Assembly: GCF_009834535.1 (NCBI RefSeq)
Contig: NC_045708.1
Span: 3,782,001-3,846,000 of the forward strand
Direction: 5' to 3'
DNA: 64,000 nucleotides
DNA from: Camelus ferus
Taxonomy: Eukaryota
Shown piece by piece: positions 30,641 to 42,850 of the stretch. The notes beneath the pieces are model-generated. The model saw only the letters and a program-made list of their open reading frames with translations. It was not told where the DNA came from and did no database searches. The first letter of the stretch is position 1; each line of letters starts with the position of its first letter. Made by a program: the position numbers and the translations under genes.

Positions 30641-31880
30641 TGACAGCCTGGGGCTGACACCGCCTCAGAGTCATGCCCCACGGGGGCCACTGCGGCACGA
30701 CAGCACGGAAGGGCTTCACGCTGACACCAAGTTCCTCTCTGGTCCAGAATCCAACAAGGGTCTTAAAGCTTACACGTCTGACGTGCAAAGCCAACCACTC
30801 TCCCCGAACCTGACAAAGTACTGACTACATCTCTATTTTTCTCATGAGTTGACTTGCTTGAATTTTGTGGTTGTGTATATACTCAAGCCCCTCTGGGAAA
30901 GACGGTTTGAAACGGCATTAGGGACGATGGCATTTTGAGAACAGAACAGAGAAATCAATGGTTAATAGGTTTAAGTTGAAACGCAAAAACATAAGCCATG
31001 GTAACATAAGAAGAAACCCCAGGCAGACAGAGAGCAGCACTTCTCCACGTTAACAGGGCCCGGCACAGAGCAGGCGTCCAGGAGGCATTTCTTGGATGAA
31101 GAAGAAATGACACATCTGTGACATGCCTGTCACTGGGGACAGCCCCCTCCTAGTGGAGAGCAGGAGCCAGGGCCCCAGAGACGCCACGGGAGACCCCTGG
31201 CCTGGGGGGCCCTGGTAACGCGCAGCCTCGGTCGAGTCATCTGGGGGCATCCACGCTGCCTTTCTGCCAAACTTTAAAAGGTGGGGCTCACACGCCAACC
31301 AAGTCCCCTTTGAGTTCATACTGCTATTTTAAAAAAATAGATCTGTAAATACGATGGGATCTATGAAGAGCCAAAGTGCCTTGTAAGGAAGTGTCTTTAA
31401 AATCGTATAGATGCTCATGCACTTAAGGAGAGAAAGGAGGTTAAAGCTGTGCTGTTTGTGTTTTTCGGTTAAAGTAAGGATTCTGAATGTGTCTCTAACG
31501 CTAAGAAGCACTGATGCCTGGTCACAAGTTAGCACGGCGGGCCTTGCGGGGTGGAGCGCGGCCTGGGCTCAGCCCGGGCACGTCCGGAGGGCGCTGCTGA
31601 GTATTGCTGCTATTTCCTCCTCGTCCGTCTCTCTCGTCTCCGTCCTGCCTTGATTCAGCCCGAGAACAGGCTGCTCCAGGGTGGTGGGGACGGGGGAGGG
31701 GGTCCTTTGGTCCTAAGGCCTTCTGACCACTTGGTCTTGAGTGAAATTCCAGAACAGTAACTGGTGACATAGAAAATGATTAAGAAAATCTACTCTGCAG
31801 AGTGGCCGACAGGAGGCAGTTCTGTCCAGGCCGCGCAGAGTCGGGGGCCCCTCGGCCCCGCCCGGACCGCCCCCGGCATG

Positions 31881-34800
31881 TCATAGCTCCACCTTGACCC
31901 CCTTTATAAAAGGCAGGCCCGTGGGCACTCGCTTCTTATACTCCAGGTACTCCTCTCCAAAAAAGTGAATCAGTGAGATTTCCTCCTCTTCTGTCCGGTC
32001 GCGGAAGAATCGCCACACGGTCAGAGCGTAGCTCACACCGCAGATGGGGTTACACAGCATGACCTGTTGGAGGAACACGAGGTTAGCGGGTCCAGGTCAG
32101 TGTGATTCGATTCCGTGAACTTTAGCAGCCTCTGTGGCTCTCCCACACGCACAGCGGACTTCCAGGAAAGTGCCTGACAGACTCTCCAAATGCTACCTCT
32201 GAGCGCCAGGGCCAGGGCGCCACTAACCGAAATCACATCATCACTTTCACAACAGAACTAAACACTCGTCACCATTTCTTTTTTTTCCATATGCTTTTCT
32301 GTTGTTCTTCTTACCTGATACCTAAACATTAAAAAGAAAGATCAACCTCTTGGATTTCAACCCTCAGGTAGGGGTGACAGCAACTCCTCCCCCACCTCAA
32401 TGTGTGAATCCCCAATTCCACGCACCACCGCCTTCCCGAGGGGCTCCCAGCACATTCCTTCCTGTCCTGGCCACACACACCCTGACGCGCTCCCTCCAAC
32501 CCCACAGCTGCCCGGCCCCCACAGGCTCCCCTGTACTCACACACTGCTACCCCGCTGAGCTGCCCAAACCACTTCTTTCATCAGCCTGCGCCCCTGCTCC
32601 ACCAAGGCCTAAACCACATCTCCCCAGCCTGGCTTTGGAACCTGGGCAAGCAGCTCCTTGGCCCACTTCCTCTGCGCAGCTCAGGGAGCCCACTGACCAC
32701 AACCCCCCAACTCCGGTGGACCCTTTCGGGACGCATGTCTTCCCCAGGTGGGTGATTCCGCCAAGAGGGCCAGGCACATGCCCCTCCTTCTCATTCTCAC
32801 CAGTTTACTGAGCGCCTATTGTGTTCCCAACACACGCCAAGCTCATCACGACCACCACCAAGCCATTCAACCCCCAGAACAAGCCTGTGGGAGCACCGCT
32901 GTCCCCACTGAACTCATGAGGGAAGGGAGGCCAATCGGTGAGTGTCAGAGCCAGGACGGGCCCGGCCAGTGACCCCAGAGCCTGAGCCGTCACGGCCGGC
33001 AGACACGGGCAGTTTCCAGCGTGCCCTGTAGCGGGCTTTCCCAATCTCAGGCCACAACCTGTTATGGAGCCATGGAATCAATTCAGTGCATCATAAACAG
33101 CTTTACAAATAACAGTAAGATAGAAAATAGAGTGCTGTGTACACAGTAAGGGTAAATGTCTGTTCCAGGAAAGATCTGTTCCGTTTTTATACAAACGTGT
33201 GTGCTGGGTCATGGTGTAAAAAGATCTATGGTCCAAGAGGTATGAAAAACTCTTTATTCCTAGAGCGCTGAGTTTATTAGTTAGCATTTACGGCGAATTA
33301 CATGATTCAACTGCAATCAGTTTGTTCCCAGGGAATGTGACTGCCAATACGGGAGTCTTAAGTTTCAAAAATGCAAGTTTCAAAATAAATGCTGTGTAGT
33401 AACCTGCCCCTACCATACCACTGGGGTCACCAGAGCGTCCCCATGCACCATGCACTTCAGTGGGATGCCTGGGGGCCCAGAATGGATTTTCCCAAACAAG
33501 TGATGAGTCTTCTAAGCTCTCTCCACATCCTCTGGCCAAGACCTTCTAGGACTAAGAGAACAGACTCCAGAGACAGTTGTCAAGAAACACAGCTCGATCT
33601 GCAGTCTGAGACAGAACAAGCCTCCTTCACTCACGTTCAGCCTGACACATGACCTTGACCTCATCAACAGCAGCTTCTAATGAAAACCAGCTAAGCCGCC
33701 TAGGGAGTGGCAGAGGGCCCTCACCCTGCACGACAGATGGAGTGACTGCACCCAGACTCACCAAGTGTTCGCAAGTTTAGGACTCCCAGATCTTAAGTAT
33801 ACAGCAAAAAAAGGAAGTTAAGAACTAAATCAGTTCTTTTGGCTTTATCACTGGAAACATGGCAGGGAACACTTGTACCTCTTTAAGAGGACCAACAACT
33901 TTGTAAATGCACTGAAACCCACTGAAGTGTACACTTGGAAATGGTATGGGAATTATACGTCAATTGAAAATACATTTTAAAGAACTTTAAACGAGGCCAG
34001 TATTGCATCTGATACTGTACCTGGGTTCCGATGCTCCAGTAAAACCACCCAACGTAGGAAGGATGCCGGAACCAAGCGTATACTCCACGGGTCACCAGAG
34101 TGTGGGTTTCTGATTTTTCATTCTGCACCACGTGGTTGAAATTGGAACCAGCTGTAAACATCGCTGCCTTCCTCAGACATTCTCCAAAGACCACCATCAG
34201 CAGCCCCGTGGCGCTGAGCCAGGTTATCTGCTTCAGTTCTGCCAGGGAGATGAGGTGACAAATGGGAAGTGAAGACCCCAGATTGTTGAGTTCCCCCTTT
34301 GGATGCTTAAAATGAACCAATTTTCCCAAATACAGGAACACTAGAAAACATGCTAGTGGGCAGTCAGCACTTGTTACCACATTAAAATTAACTATAAGCA
34401 AAACACACTCCCCTAAGTTGCGCTGTCCACCCATGTACTTTGAAGCTCCCAAAGCGCAGTCAGAGCCTCGTGGCAAAGAGCTGATGGGCTCAGTCCACAT
34501 CCGCCCTGCCACACGCTCCCACCCTGCCTTTGGGGACAAGGTCAGCTAAGTGAGGCAGAGGAGGAGCCAGCGTTTCCTGCCTTAGCCCTTTACCAAATCC
34601 TGGGAACTACATACACTTTCTTTAACTTGCTGTGGAAAGTTCGGTGTGAGGGTGGGTTCCAGATGCAGTGGTTTTTTGCTAATGAAATCTTCACAAGAAC
34701 ACAGAAAATGAATAGATCCAAATCTCCTGACTATAAAACTGGGATTAGTTTTACCAAAAGTTGGGGCTTCATGTTAGATGGTTCAGGGCTTAAAGCGAAA

Positions 34801-35998
34801 GGTCAACGTGTCCTCCATTCAAAATCCAGAAGCCGAATTCACAAGCAGAGCCTGGCCTTTATAAAGAGCTTAGTGAGGACAGAGGTCTGGGGAAAGTCAC
34901 TTGGGAGATTAGACCTGAGACGTGCACCCACGTCACTGTCCTCAGGCACCCCGTGGGAGCCACCTGTCCCCCCGCCAGAAGGGAAAGTAGGGCACACTGA
35001 CCTGGCCAAAAGATATTTTCGAGTGTGAACTCTATCCAAGAAGAAAGGGCAGCTACTGTATACTCCAGACTGTGATTCAGGAGAAAGGAATCCAAGGACA
35101 GACTCTTGGGATTGTTGACTGCCGTGACTAAGTATTCAGAATAGTGGAACAGTGACAGGGAGCACATGTACCTATTTAAACAAAAAAGGAAGAGAGGTAA
35201 GCTGGGGCAAGGGAACCAGAAGTCAAAGCACAGATTTGGTCTGAACTTCCCCTGAATTCTATGATGAGGTCCTGTTGTCACCTGTCTGAGAGTGGACATC
35301 AGGCACCCACATGTAGCATCCATCACTCCTTGAGATTGCAGAAAGTGGGGTTTTAAAGGGACCACGTTTTTGCATGTCACAGGAGGGGGGAAAAAAAACA
35401 AAAAAAAAAAAACAAAAAACCCAAAAAACATAGGCTAGGAAGGCATTATGGGCCTTCAGCCTTTTTTAAAAAAAAATGACACTACACACAGGAAAACATG
35501 AAAGAGGGAAATATCAAAATAAAGTAGTGATGTATGTCAAATACAAAAATTCAAAAAACTGAAATAATTCCGGCAAAGAAGGATTAGATGGCTCAGAGTA
35601 CTGATAATAGGAGATAAAGCTTTTTACCTTGAAGCCACTGGTTCATATCCAGGTCAGGGACTAGAAGGCTCAAGGGACTGAAATCATAGTGTAGGGAAAA
35701 ATCCTACACTGGCCGTGGGGGATGCACTAGATGTGACCTAATAGAAACGGAAAAGGCCTGTTGAAGACGAGCCAGAGCCTTGCCCCTTCCTGTCACTGAG
35801 GACCTGCACCCTCTTCTGGGAAGGGCTGGTCACATTACTCAATGGGCTGCAGCTGCAGAGCGCCTATGGGGAGGGTGCCAGGGAGACCTGTTTCCACCTG
35901 CAGCAGAAGGAACCAATGGGCACAAGCTGTCGAGGTCTGAGATGTGGGAATCTAGGTGGACGCTAGAGATCTCATTTCCTTAGAACCCTCAATAGCCC

Positions 35999-36030
<32 letters not shown>

Positions 36031-37216
36031 GGGTGCAGAAACATCACTCCTGACCCTCTGATCCACCCACCCTCACCTCAAAACTATCATTTCCAAAGCA
36101 CTCCTTACCAGCCAAAGTGATTCCAAGAAGACTGGCTAAAACTTAGCAGCACTCCACAGCCAAACACAAAGCCAAGGAAACAGGCTCGGATGGCTATCTG
36201 AAACAGACCCAAAGGAAGCTCAGTCACCTGGCTGTTCTCAGAGCACACATCCCACTTCCTGGGATAAGCAGGCCACTGGCAAGTACGGAGCCAATTTGCT
36301 CAGAGGTTAACAGGGTGAAGCAGGGCTGCCCAGGTTCCAACCCCAAGCCCGCCCCTCTCTGGCTCTGTGGCCTTAGGAAGTTACTTAACCTCTCTGGACA
36401 TCGGTTTCTCCATCTACACAACGGGGGTGGCCAACAGTACCCGCCTCGGAGGATTACCCACGTAAAACACTTAAGACTAAGCGCTACATAAGTTGCAGCT
36501 ACCATTACTTATGATTATTGTTATTCTGGGCTGTGGGAAAACTGCGTAAACCTAGCTTATTGGCCGGATTCTCTCAAGTCCACGCAGCGAATCGGGTCGG
36601 GGCACCCGGGATTCTGCGCCCAGCCCCCTGCACGTAACTGCGAGGGCCTTTGACCTCAGACTTGACAGCAGGTAGTTCTCCACACCTTAAATTACATAAA
36701 AGAACTCGTGGGCCCGCTCACTACCCGCCCCAAGCGCATCAGCCGCACATGCTGAATCGCACCAACTGCAGTTTCCCACCCACTCTTCCAGGTAGAGGGG
36801 CCCCACGCCCCCCCAAACTGGAGAGGAGGGGTTCCTCCTGCCACCTGAACTTGAGGCTGCTCAAGAACACGGCCGGGGGAGGCAGCCCCTCTCGCGGGCC
36901 GGGCTCTCGGCCGACCCAGACCTCGACCCCCGGGAGACAGTGCCCACTCGCCGCGCCCGGCCCGCCGACCCTCGCCCTGACCCCCGCCCCGGTCCTCGCG
37001 CCGGCCTGGCCTGGCCCGAACCTGGTAGCGCNNNNNNNNNNNNNNNNNNNNNNNNNNNNNNNNNNNNNNNNNNNNNNNNNNNNNNNNNNNNNNNNNNNNN
37101 NNNNNNNNNNNNNNNNNNNNNNNNNNNNNNNNNNNNNNNNNNNNNNNNNNNNNNNNNNNNNNNNNNNNNNNNNNNNNNNNNNNNNNNNNNNNNNNNNNNN
37201 NNNNNNNNNNNNNNNN
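31881..37216 (-). CDS. ICMT: Protein-S-isoprenylcysteine O-methyltransferase, 5 exons; start codon hidden in the N gap
   Basis: Exon 1: only the 3' end 37031-37022 (..RYQ|gt) is visible. Exon 2 36197-36109 (IAIRACFLGFVFGCGVLLSFSQSSWNHFG), exon 3 35171-35002 (YMCSLSLFHYSEYLVTAVNNP..), exon 4 34238-34021 (..NFNHVVQNEKSETHTLVTRGVYAWFRHPSYVGWFYWSIGTQ), exon 5 32063-31881 (VMLCNPIC..EEEEISLIHFFGEEYLEYKKRVPTGLPFIKGVKVEL*). The end 37216 assumes a 195-nt first coding exon as recalled for human. Confidence 0.95.
32790..32990. mobile_element. MIR-like fragment in ICMT intron 4
   Basis: CATTCTCACCAGTTTACTGAGCGCCTATTGTGTTCCCAACAC... is MIR/L2-type text. Confidence 0.45.
35999..36030 (+). repeat. (CCAG)8 tetranucleotide microsatellite in ICMT intron 2
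   Basis: Eight perfect CCAG units counted. Confidence 0.95.
36335..36520 (+). mobile_element. MIR SINE in ICMT intron 1
   Basis: GGTTCCAACCCCAAGCCC...TGTGGCCTTAGGAAGTTACTTAACCTCTCTGGACATCGGTTTCTCCATCTACACAACGGGG...GAGGATTA is a clear MIR core. Confidence 0.75.
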
Positions 37217-37830
37217 NNNNNNNNNNNNNNNNNNNGCGGGCGCTGGCGCCGGCTGTAGCCCGGGGAAACCCGCCCGCCGCGCCTGCGCACTGCGCCGCCG
37301 ACGCCGGCCGGGAAGGGCAGCCGCCCGGACCTGCGCGCCGCCCGCGAGCTCTCGCGATACCGCCGCGCGGCTGGGTTGGGGCCCGAATTTGGCGGGAGCG
37401 CCCCGCCCCCGCGGCCCCGCCCTGCCGTCCCCAAGGGACAACTGACCCAGTCCGAGCGGCTAGCGGCGAGCGGCAGGTGGCGGGCGGGGCCGCGGGGCGC
37501 CTGGGTCCTGGGCCGAGAAGTCGCCGCCGGCGTCTGTCAGGAGTCGGCCCAAACTCCAGAATGTCCCTGTCCGGTGAAATCTGAAGGGACCCCGCCCTCG
37601 TCGGCCCCGTGCGGTCCTCCCGGAAACTGACACCTTTTGGCTCTCGGACTCGGGTGGGCGAGCCACCTCCACCCGACTTCGCCCCGCGGGGTCCTTGCGC
37701 AGGGACTGCCCGCCCCCCGCAGGGTTTCGGAGTGCTCGCTGGGTGCCCGGGCGGCGGGGACACTGCCCTTGGGGCAGCCTGAAATCGCAGCACTGGGCCC
37801 CACGCAGCGAGATGACCACCCACTGCAGTT
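36560..37830. promoter_or_regulatory. ICMT: ICMT CpG-island promoter with an NRF1-like site (37279-37289), a TCTCGCGAGA-like site (37350-37359) and GC boxes
   Basis: GCGCCTGCGCA, TCTCGCGATA (9/10 match) and CCCCGCCCC near 37401 form a housekeeping promoter signature. Confidence 0.75.
37032..37235. other. ICMT: Assembly gap (204 N) covering most of ICMT exon 1
   Basis: Run of N counted directly; flanked by the exon 1 donor and GC-rich 5'UTR/promoter sequence. Confidence 0.99.
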
Positions 37831-38654
37831 CGTGTTGAGGGAGAATGTTGGCCTACGGTGGAAATGCTAAAAGGCAGAAATCAAAACTTTACAGGGGGAT
37901 CCTGACTTCACTTGGGAAAAACAAAAGTATATGTGTGAGCCTGGGAAAATGAAATAGAAGCCAAAATTATTTCACAGTGATAATCTTTAGGTGTCAGGAC
38001 TCTGGGTGGCTTTTATTGTGTTCTTTATATGCGTTTGTATTTTCCATATGGTCCACAATCAATATATATTACCTTTATATGATATTTACATCATATATGT
38101 ATGTTATCCTTAGACACTGTTTCTTACTTTTTAAAAGCAGTAAATGCTTCCACTACCAGGTGCTCACAGAGGAATGAGGGAGGAGGAAGGCAAGTAAGCA
38201 GGTGACTAAAATAAACTGTAACAAGGTGGGAGGGAGGCAGGAGCCAAGTAGGGATAGAGAGGAATGAGAGGGTCCCAGGGAGAGGACTTGGATGGGAGGG
38301 TTAGGAGTCTGCATGGAAGAAACGCTGGAGCTAGGAGTTGGGGCCCTCAGGGACTGGCAACCTGCTTGCCACTGGAAATGAGAGCAAGGGCGTCCACAGG
38401 GAGGGAGGGCATCGAGTTTGCAGACACAGAGGCAGAAGGAAGCATGCCTGAAGCTGAATAGGGGACAGGCCCTGAGGGAGGCTGGAACCCAGAGTGGTGG
38501 GTCAGAGAGCGGTAAGGTCAGGTGGGCTGTGAGCTGCCGTCAGCCCAGCCCTGCATATGAGCCCCTGGCCACCCTACCCTCCTCTGTCCCTGCAGGACCT
38601 GGCAGGAGGCCTGCTGTCTGGACAGTTGAGTTCAGGGAAGAATGGAGAGAGCCT

Positions 38655-38800
38655 GCCTCAGCAGCTTTGTGACCTGGGCAAATCAACTCTATGGGTCTCT
38701 CCGTCCTATAAAATGGGGACCCTGATTTCACAGGCTCGTACTGATGATGTTGTGCAAGGCCAGCATCACATTTAAATGGTGCTCAGAAAACTTTTGAGCA
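38655..38800 (+). mobile_element. MIR fragment
   Basis: CAGCTTTGTGACCTGGGCAAATCAACTCTATGGGTCTCTCCGTCCTATAAAATGGGGAC resembles the MIR core. Confidence 0.6.
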
Positions 38801-41649
38801 AACTTGGTTAATGGGAGCTGAAAGGAGATTTAATGTTTTAAAGTCCAAAGTCACCCAGTTGCAGTGGCATGTGGGAAGGAAGGCCTGGACTGTTTCCGGG
38901 GGCTGAGAGCCAGGGCTTCCTGCTACTGCCCCCCAGTTTCTACCATCTGCCCCACTCAGGACCTCTCCCTCATCGCCAGAACACCTTAGGGCCACTAGAG
39001 GGTGCTCGCTGCATCTTCACTCCTGGGAGTGAGTCTGGTTCCAGGGCAGAGGGCTGCTCCCAGGAAGCTCCTTTTCTGGCCATTGGCCTCTACTCTCCAT
39101 GTTGACTTATGGTCCTGATTTACCCCACAGGGACAGTCCCTGTTCTGGGGGAGGGGCACAGAGTAACATGTAATCCAGACTGGCGGGCAGGAGCAGCCCT
39201 CTCTCCTCTGCCCATCAAGTCTTCTTAGACCATACCTCTCCGTCAGTACCATCTTGGAGGAGGGAGAAAAAAGGAGAGGCAACCCCCGCCCAGGTAGGGC
39301 CAGACCAGAGGGAAGGGGAATTTTTAGAAGTCGCTGGAGTTGCTGAGTCTGTCAGGCCCCAGGGTTCACAGAGCAGTGACGGAGGAGGAAGGCAAGTAGG
39401 CAAAAGTGTGCATGTACTGGCATAGACCCAGAGGAACAAAGTCACACAGAGATCCGGACAGGCGCACAGAGAAACAGTACTTCACACAGACTGAAAGACA
39501 AACACAGAGACCTGCTTTCCCACCAGAGAGGAAAGCAATCTGATCAAACAAATCCACTCTGCACCAGTTCTCCAGTGTCACCCTAGCTTGTCATCCCCCA
39601 GGCTAAAGGAACAACAAACCTACACCAAAAAAGAAAGAAAGAAAGCAAAATAACTCAGCCTGGGGATGCCTTGCTTGTCTTCTTTTTTGTACCCCCCTCC
39701 CCTCTAAATAAGCATTTGAATGTGTTTTGTTCTAGGAGCTGTGAGGCAAGCACAAAGGGGTCCCTTTCTCATGCAGGAAGATCCCTCTCTAGGGCCTCCC
39801 TGCCCCCATCCAGCCATCCACCCACCAGCTGAGGTGGCTTTCCATCCTGGGCCCAAGCGGGGATCCCACCTGTTTAAGAGCCCTCAGAACCATGTTAACT
39901 TTTCCAAGTTAAACTGCAGGCTGAGATGAAATTAGGCTCCCTTTTCTGGGACAGGGTTGCTTTACTGAGCAAGAGGAAATGTAGGAAGGCGGGATGCTCA
40001 GAGCAAGTGGGAGGCAGGTGTAAGGCTGGAGTATTAACCAAGCACCTCAACGCACACCAGCTTCCGGGATGAACAGTCTGCCCCTGTCCTAGCCTGACCC
40101 CAAATAGGAAACAGTTCAGGAACTCTGCCTCTCCCTCCTCCCTGCAGGTGGGCCTCCAGTTGGGCATTGTTAGAGCGCCCTCCTGGGACTCCTTGTCACT
40201 CACAGGCCTCTGCCCCGTCCACTTCCCACGTGGAGGCTAGGAGGTACCTGCCCAGTGTGGCTGCAGCTTGCTCTAGTCCTCCAGAAGTTCCCCCCCCCCC
40301 GCGCCCCGGCCATTCCCAGCTCCAGGCATGAGAGCCCCCCTCTCTAGTCTGGTAAATGACGCATAATTTATGAGCACATCAGCCTGAAGTGCGTAAGTCA
40401 TATGTGCACAAAGGGGCCGGGTAAATATTTAAAGATTAGAGCCAGCTGGGGAGAAGCACAAAAGGCTGGGACAATGAGGGTCTCCCGGAATTCACTTTCT
40501 CTGTGCTGGGCCAGCCCGGTTCAGTGTTGATGCACTCACAGGAGTCCCAGGCTTTGTCCCCTGGAGGGCCCTTGGCTGCCGGGCTATTCGGAGTCCTAAC
40601 ACAGCTAAAGAGAGTTAAACAATCACTGCCTCTCCAGCCCCATCTGGAGACAATTGGCTGAGTCATTTCAGTGCTTTTGCTGTGTCCCAATAGTTAATTA
40701 CACGGAGTGATCACTTCATTCCATTTGGAAATGCATCTGTGCAGGGGGACACACATTTCTCCCTCCAGTCACTGCACTGGCAGTGGCCTTTGAAGCACTT
40801 AACAGTTAGTGTAGCTTTAAATGTCTGGGGTGCGGGAAGGAAGGGGTTCCCACCCAGGGCTGAGAGGCTGCATCTGGAACGTTCTTTCTTTTGCCAAAGT
40901 CAAGAAAACTAAATGGAGGAAGGGAAGACAAAGGCACAGGTAACTTTTGACCTTAAATTCCCCAGCGTGAGAAAGCAATGGGTTTTGAGTAGTCGCCAGA
41001 GCTCTCCTGAGTTATAGAAGGAATTATTCCGAATGAACAGAGGGCAGCCTCTGTCCCCCCAACGCTCTGCCTGGACTTGTGCTCCTTTCCAAGCCCCCTG
41101 GGAATCCCAGAGGCTAAAGATGGAAAGGGAGTCTGTGGCCTACATCCTGACTTGCATAAGCCCCGTTTCTAAGTTGGTTCATGCCCTTGTCGGCAGGCGG
41201 AGAGCACCGCGTCCCGCTGGCTCTCAGAGGACGACGAGAACCCGCTGCCCACTCCCCACCTCGGAAAACGCCTCCCCCTGCCTCAGCATGCGTCCTCGGA
41301 GCCCGGCCTGCCTCAGTGTGTGTAGGACGCCCAGGCGCAAAACTTGCCAACGGATTAGGGGAGGGAGTGGGCCCGGGGGCCCCAGCCTGGGTCTCCGAGA
41401 AGGAGCTCGATGAAGACTCATCTAGCTTTCCCAATGAACTTGCCAAACGCAAAACTCTGCCTTTGACTTAGCGGGGGAACTGGCTGCCCAGAAGATGGAG
41501 CCCGAATTGGGGGTAAGGGGTGGCGGGGGTAGGGTAGGCGTGGGGTGGGGAGGAAGCGGTTTCTGAGCACAAGAAAAAGGTGAGACGGAATTTGCACGGA
41601 GATCCCTTTCAGCCTTGAGTCCCTTGCGACCCTCAGCCAACTTAAGGCA

Positions 41650-42850
41650 AGGAACGGGCCAAGGGGGCTGTTTGCGGTGAATGAGCCGTGCGAGGACTGG
41701 GGGACGGGGGTGGGGGGCACAGCAGGGAGCCCGGGAAAGGGGGGGCGATAGGCCTAGGCGGGGAGACTCCAGCCGAGGATGTGCCGAGGCAGGAGGGGGA
41801 GCAGCGGGCAGTGCCGGGGTGGGGGTGGGGAGCAGCAGAGGCGGAGGCCCTTCGAGCGGGTGGGGGCGGAGCTTGATGGCTGCGAATTCCGCCCGAGGCG
41901 CCAGGGCCGGCCTCGCCTCCGGCAGCCAAAGCAGAACATTGCGAATTAGCTCATTTTGCGGTCAATTTTCCACTGCTTAAGAAACACTAAGCCACCCACG
42001 TGAGCAGCCCCACCCAGTGTAGCCGGGATCTCAGGGCAAGGGCTGGAGAGGAGTGGAGGCACTAGGAGCTGCAGGTGCCAGGGTGCAGACGGCGACGGCT
42101 CGTGGGCCCCTTTATTGCGGCCCTAACTCTGGAGAGGGGGCCGGCCCGGCCCCCCCGCTGCGGGGCCGCGAGAGCTGCGCCTAGGGCCATTGGTTTGCTA
42201 ATACCCTGGAGTTGAAAGGCGCGGGCGCCGGTTTATGGGGAGGGATCATAATTAGAGGACAAATTGCCCGGCTGCCCGCAAGACTCGAGAGCGGGGGCGG
42301 GAGTGAGAGGAACTGCCAGAGCGAGGCGCGCGCCCATCCTCTGTGCAGATGTGCAGCAGCTGGAAGCCCGCGCGCGGCGGGGCGCCCGGAGTTTGGCCCC
42401 GAGGGGGCGGGCGCGGGAGCGGCTTTGTGGGGCCGGCACAATGCCCTTAACACTCGGCTGCCCCCTTTGTACCCGGTCGCGCCTCCCGCTTGCCCTGCGG
42501 CTCCTTTGTACCGCGCCTCCACCGCCCCAAGCTGGAGCGAGCGCGCGGAAGCCACTGGGCCAGGCCAGCCCCGGCGCTTCAAAGCTGCCCGGCGCGTGCC
42601 AGCGCCCGCAATACAGCCGCAGCTTCACCGCCCGCACCAGGTCGGGGCCAGCCGGGATCTGGCCGGCCGGCCCTTAGGCCGGGGCGGAAGAACTGTTCGG
42701 AGCCGCTGTCGCTTAAGTCTCCGTCTGAAAGGAGGGCGGGGCGCGATTCTCCACGCTGCTTGGCTCCTGGGAACGTCGCTACTGGGCAGGGCCCATCAAT
42801 ACCCCGAGCGGGGGCGGGTGGGGAAGAGGATGCCTCGGCTCCAGGGAGCT
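41650..42850. promoter_or_regulatory. CpG island about 2 kb upstream of HES3
   Basis: CpG-dense; contains clustered SOX and homeodomain motifs (see findings). Confidence 0.65.

Noticed and set aside
36650-37823. Several 200-320-aa ORFs across the ICMT promoter
   Set aside because: They are inflated by the N gap (X runs) and by GC richness.
37830-40300. Possible orthologue of the human lncRNA divergent from ICMT
   Set aside because: It is suggested only by recalled synteny; no exon structure can be established from this sequence.
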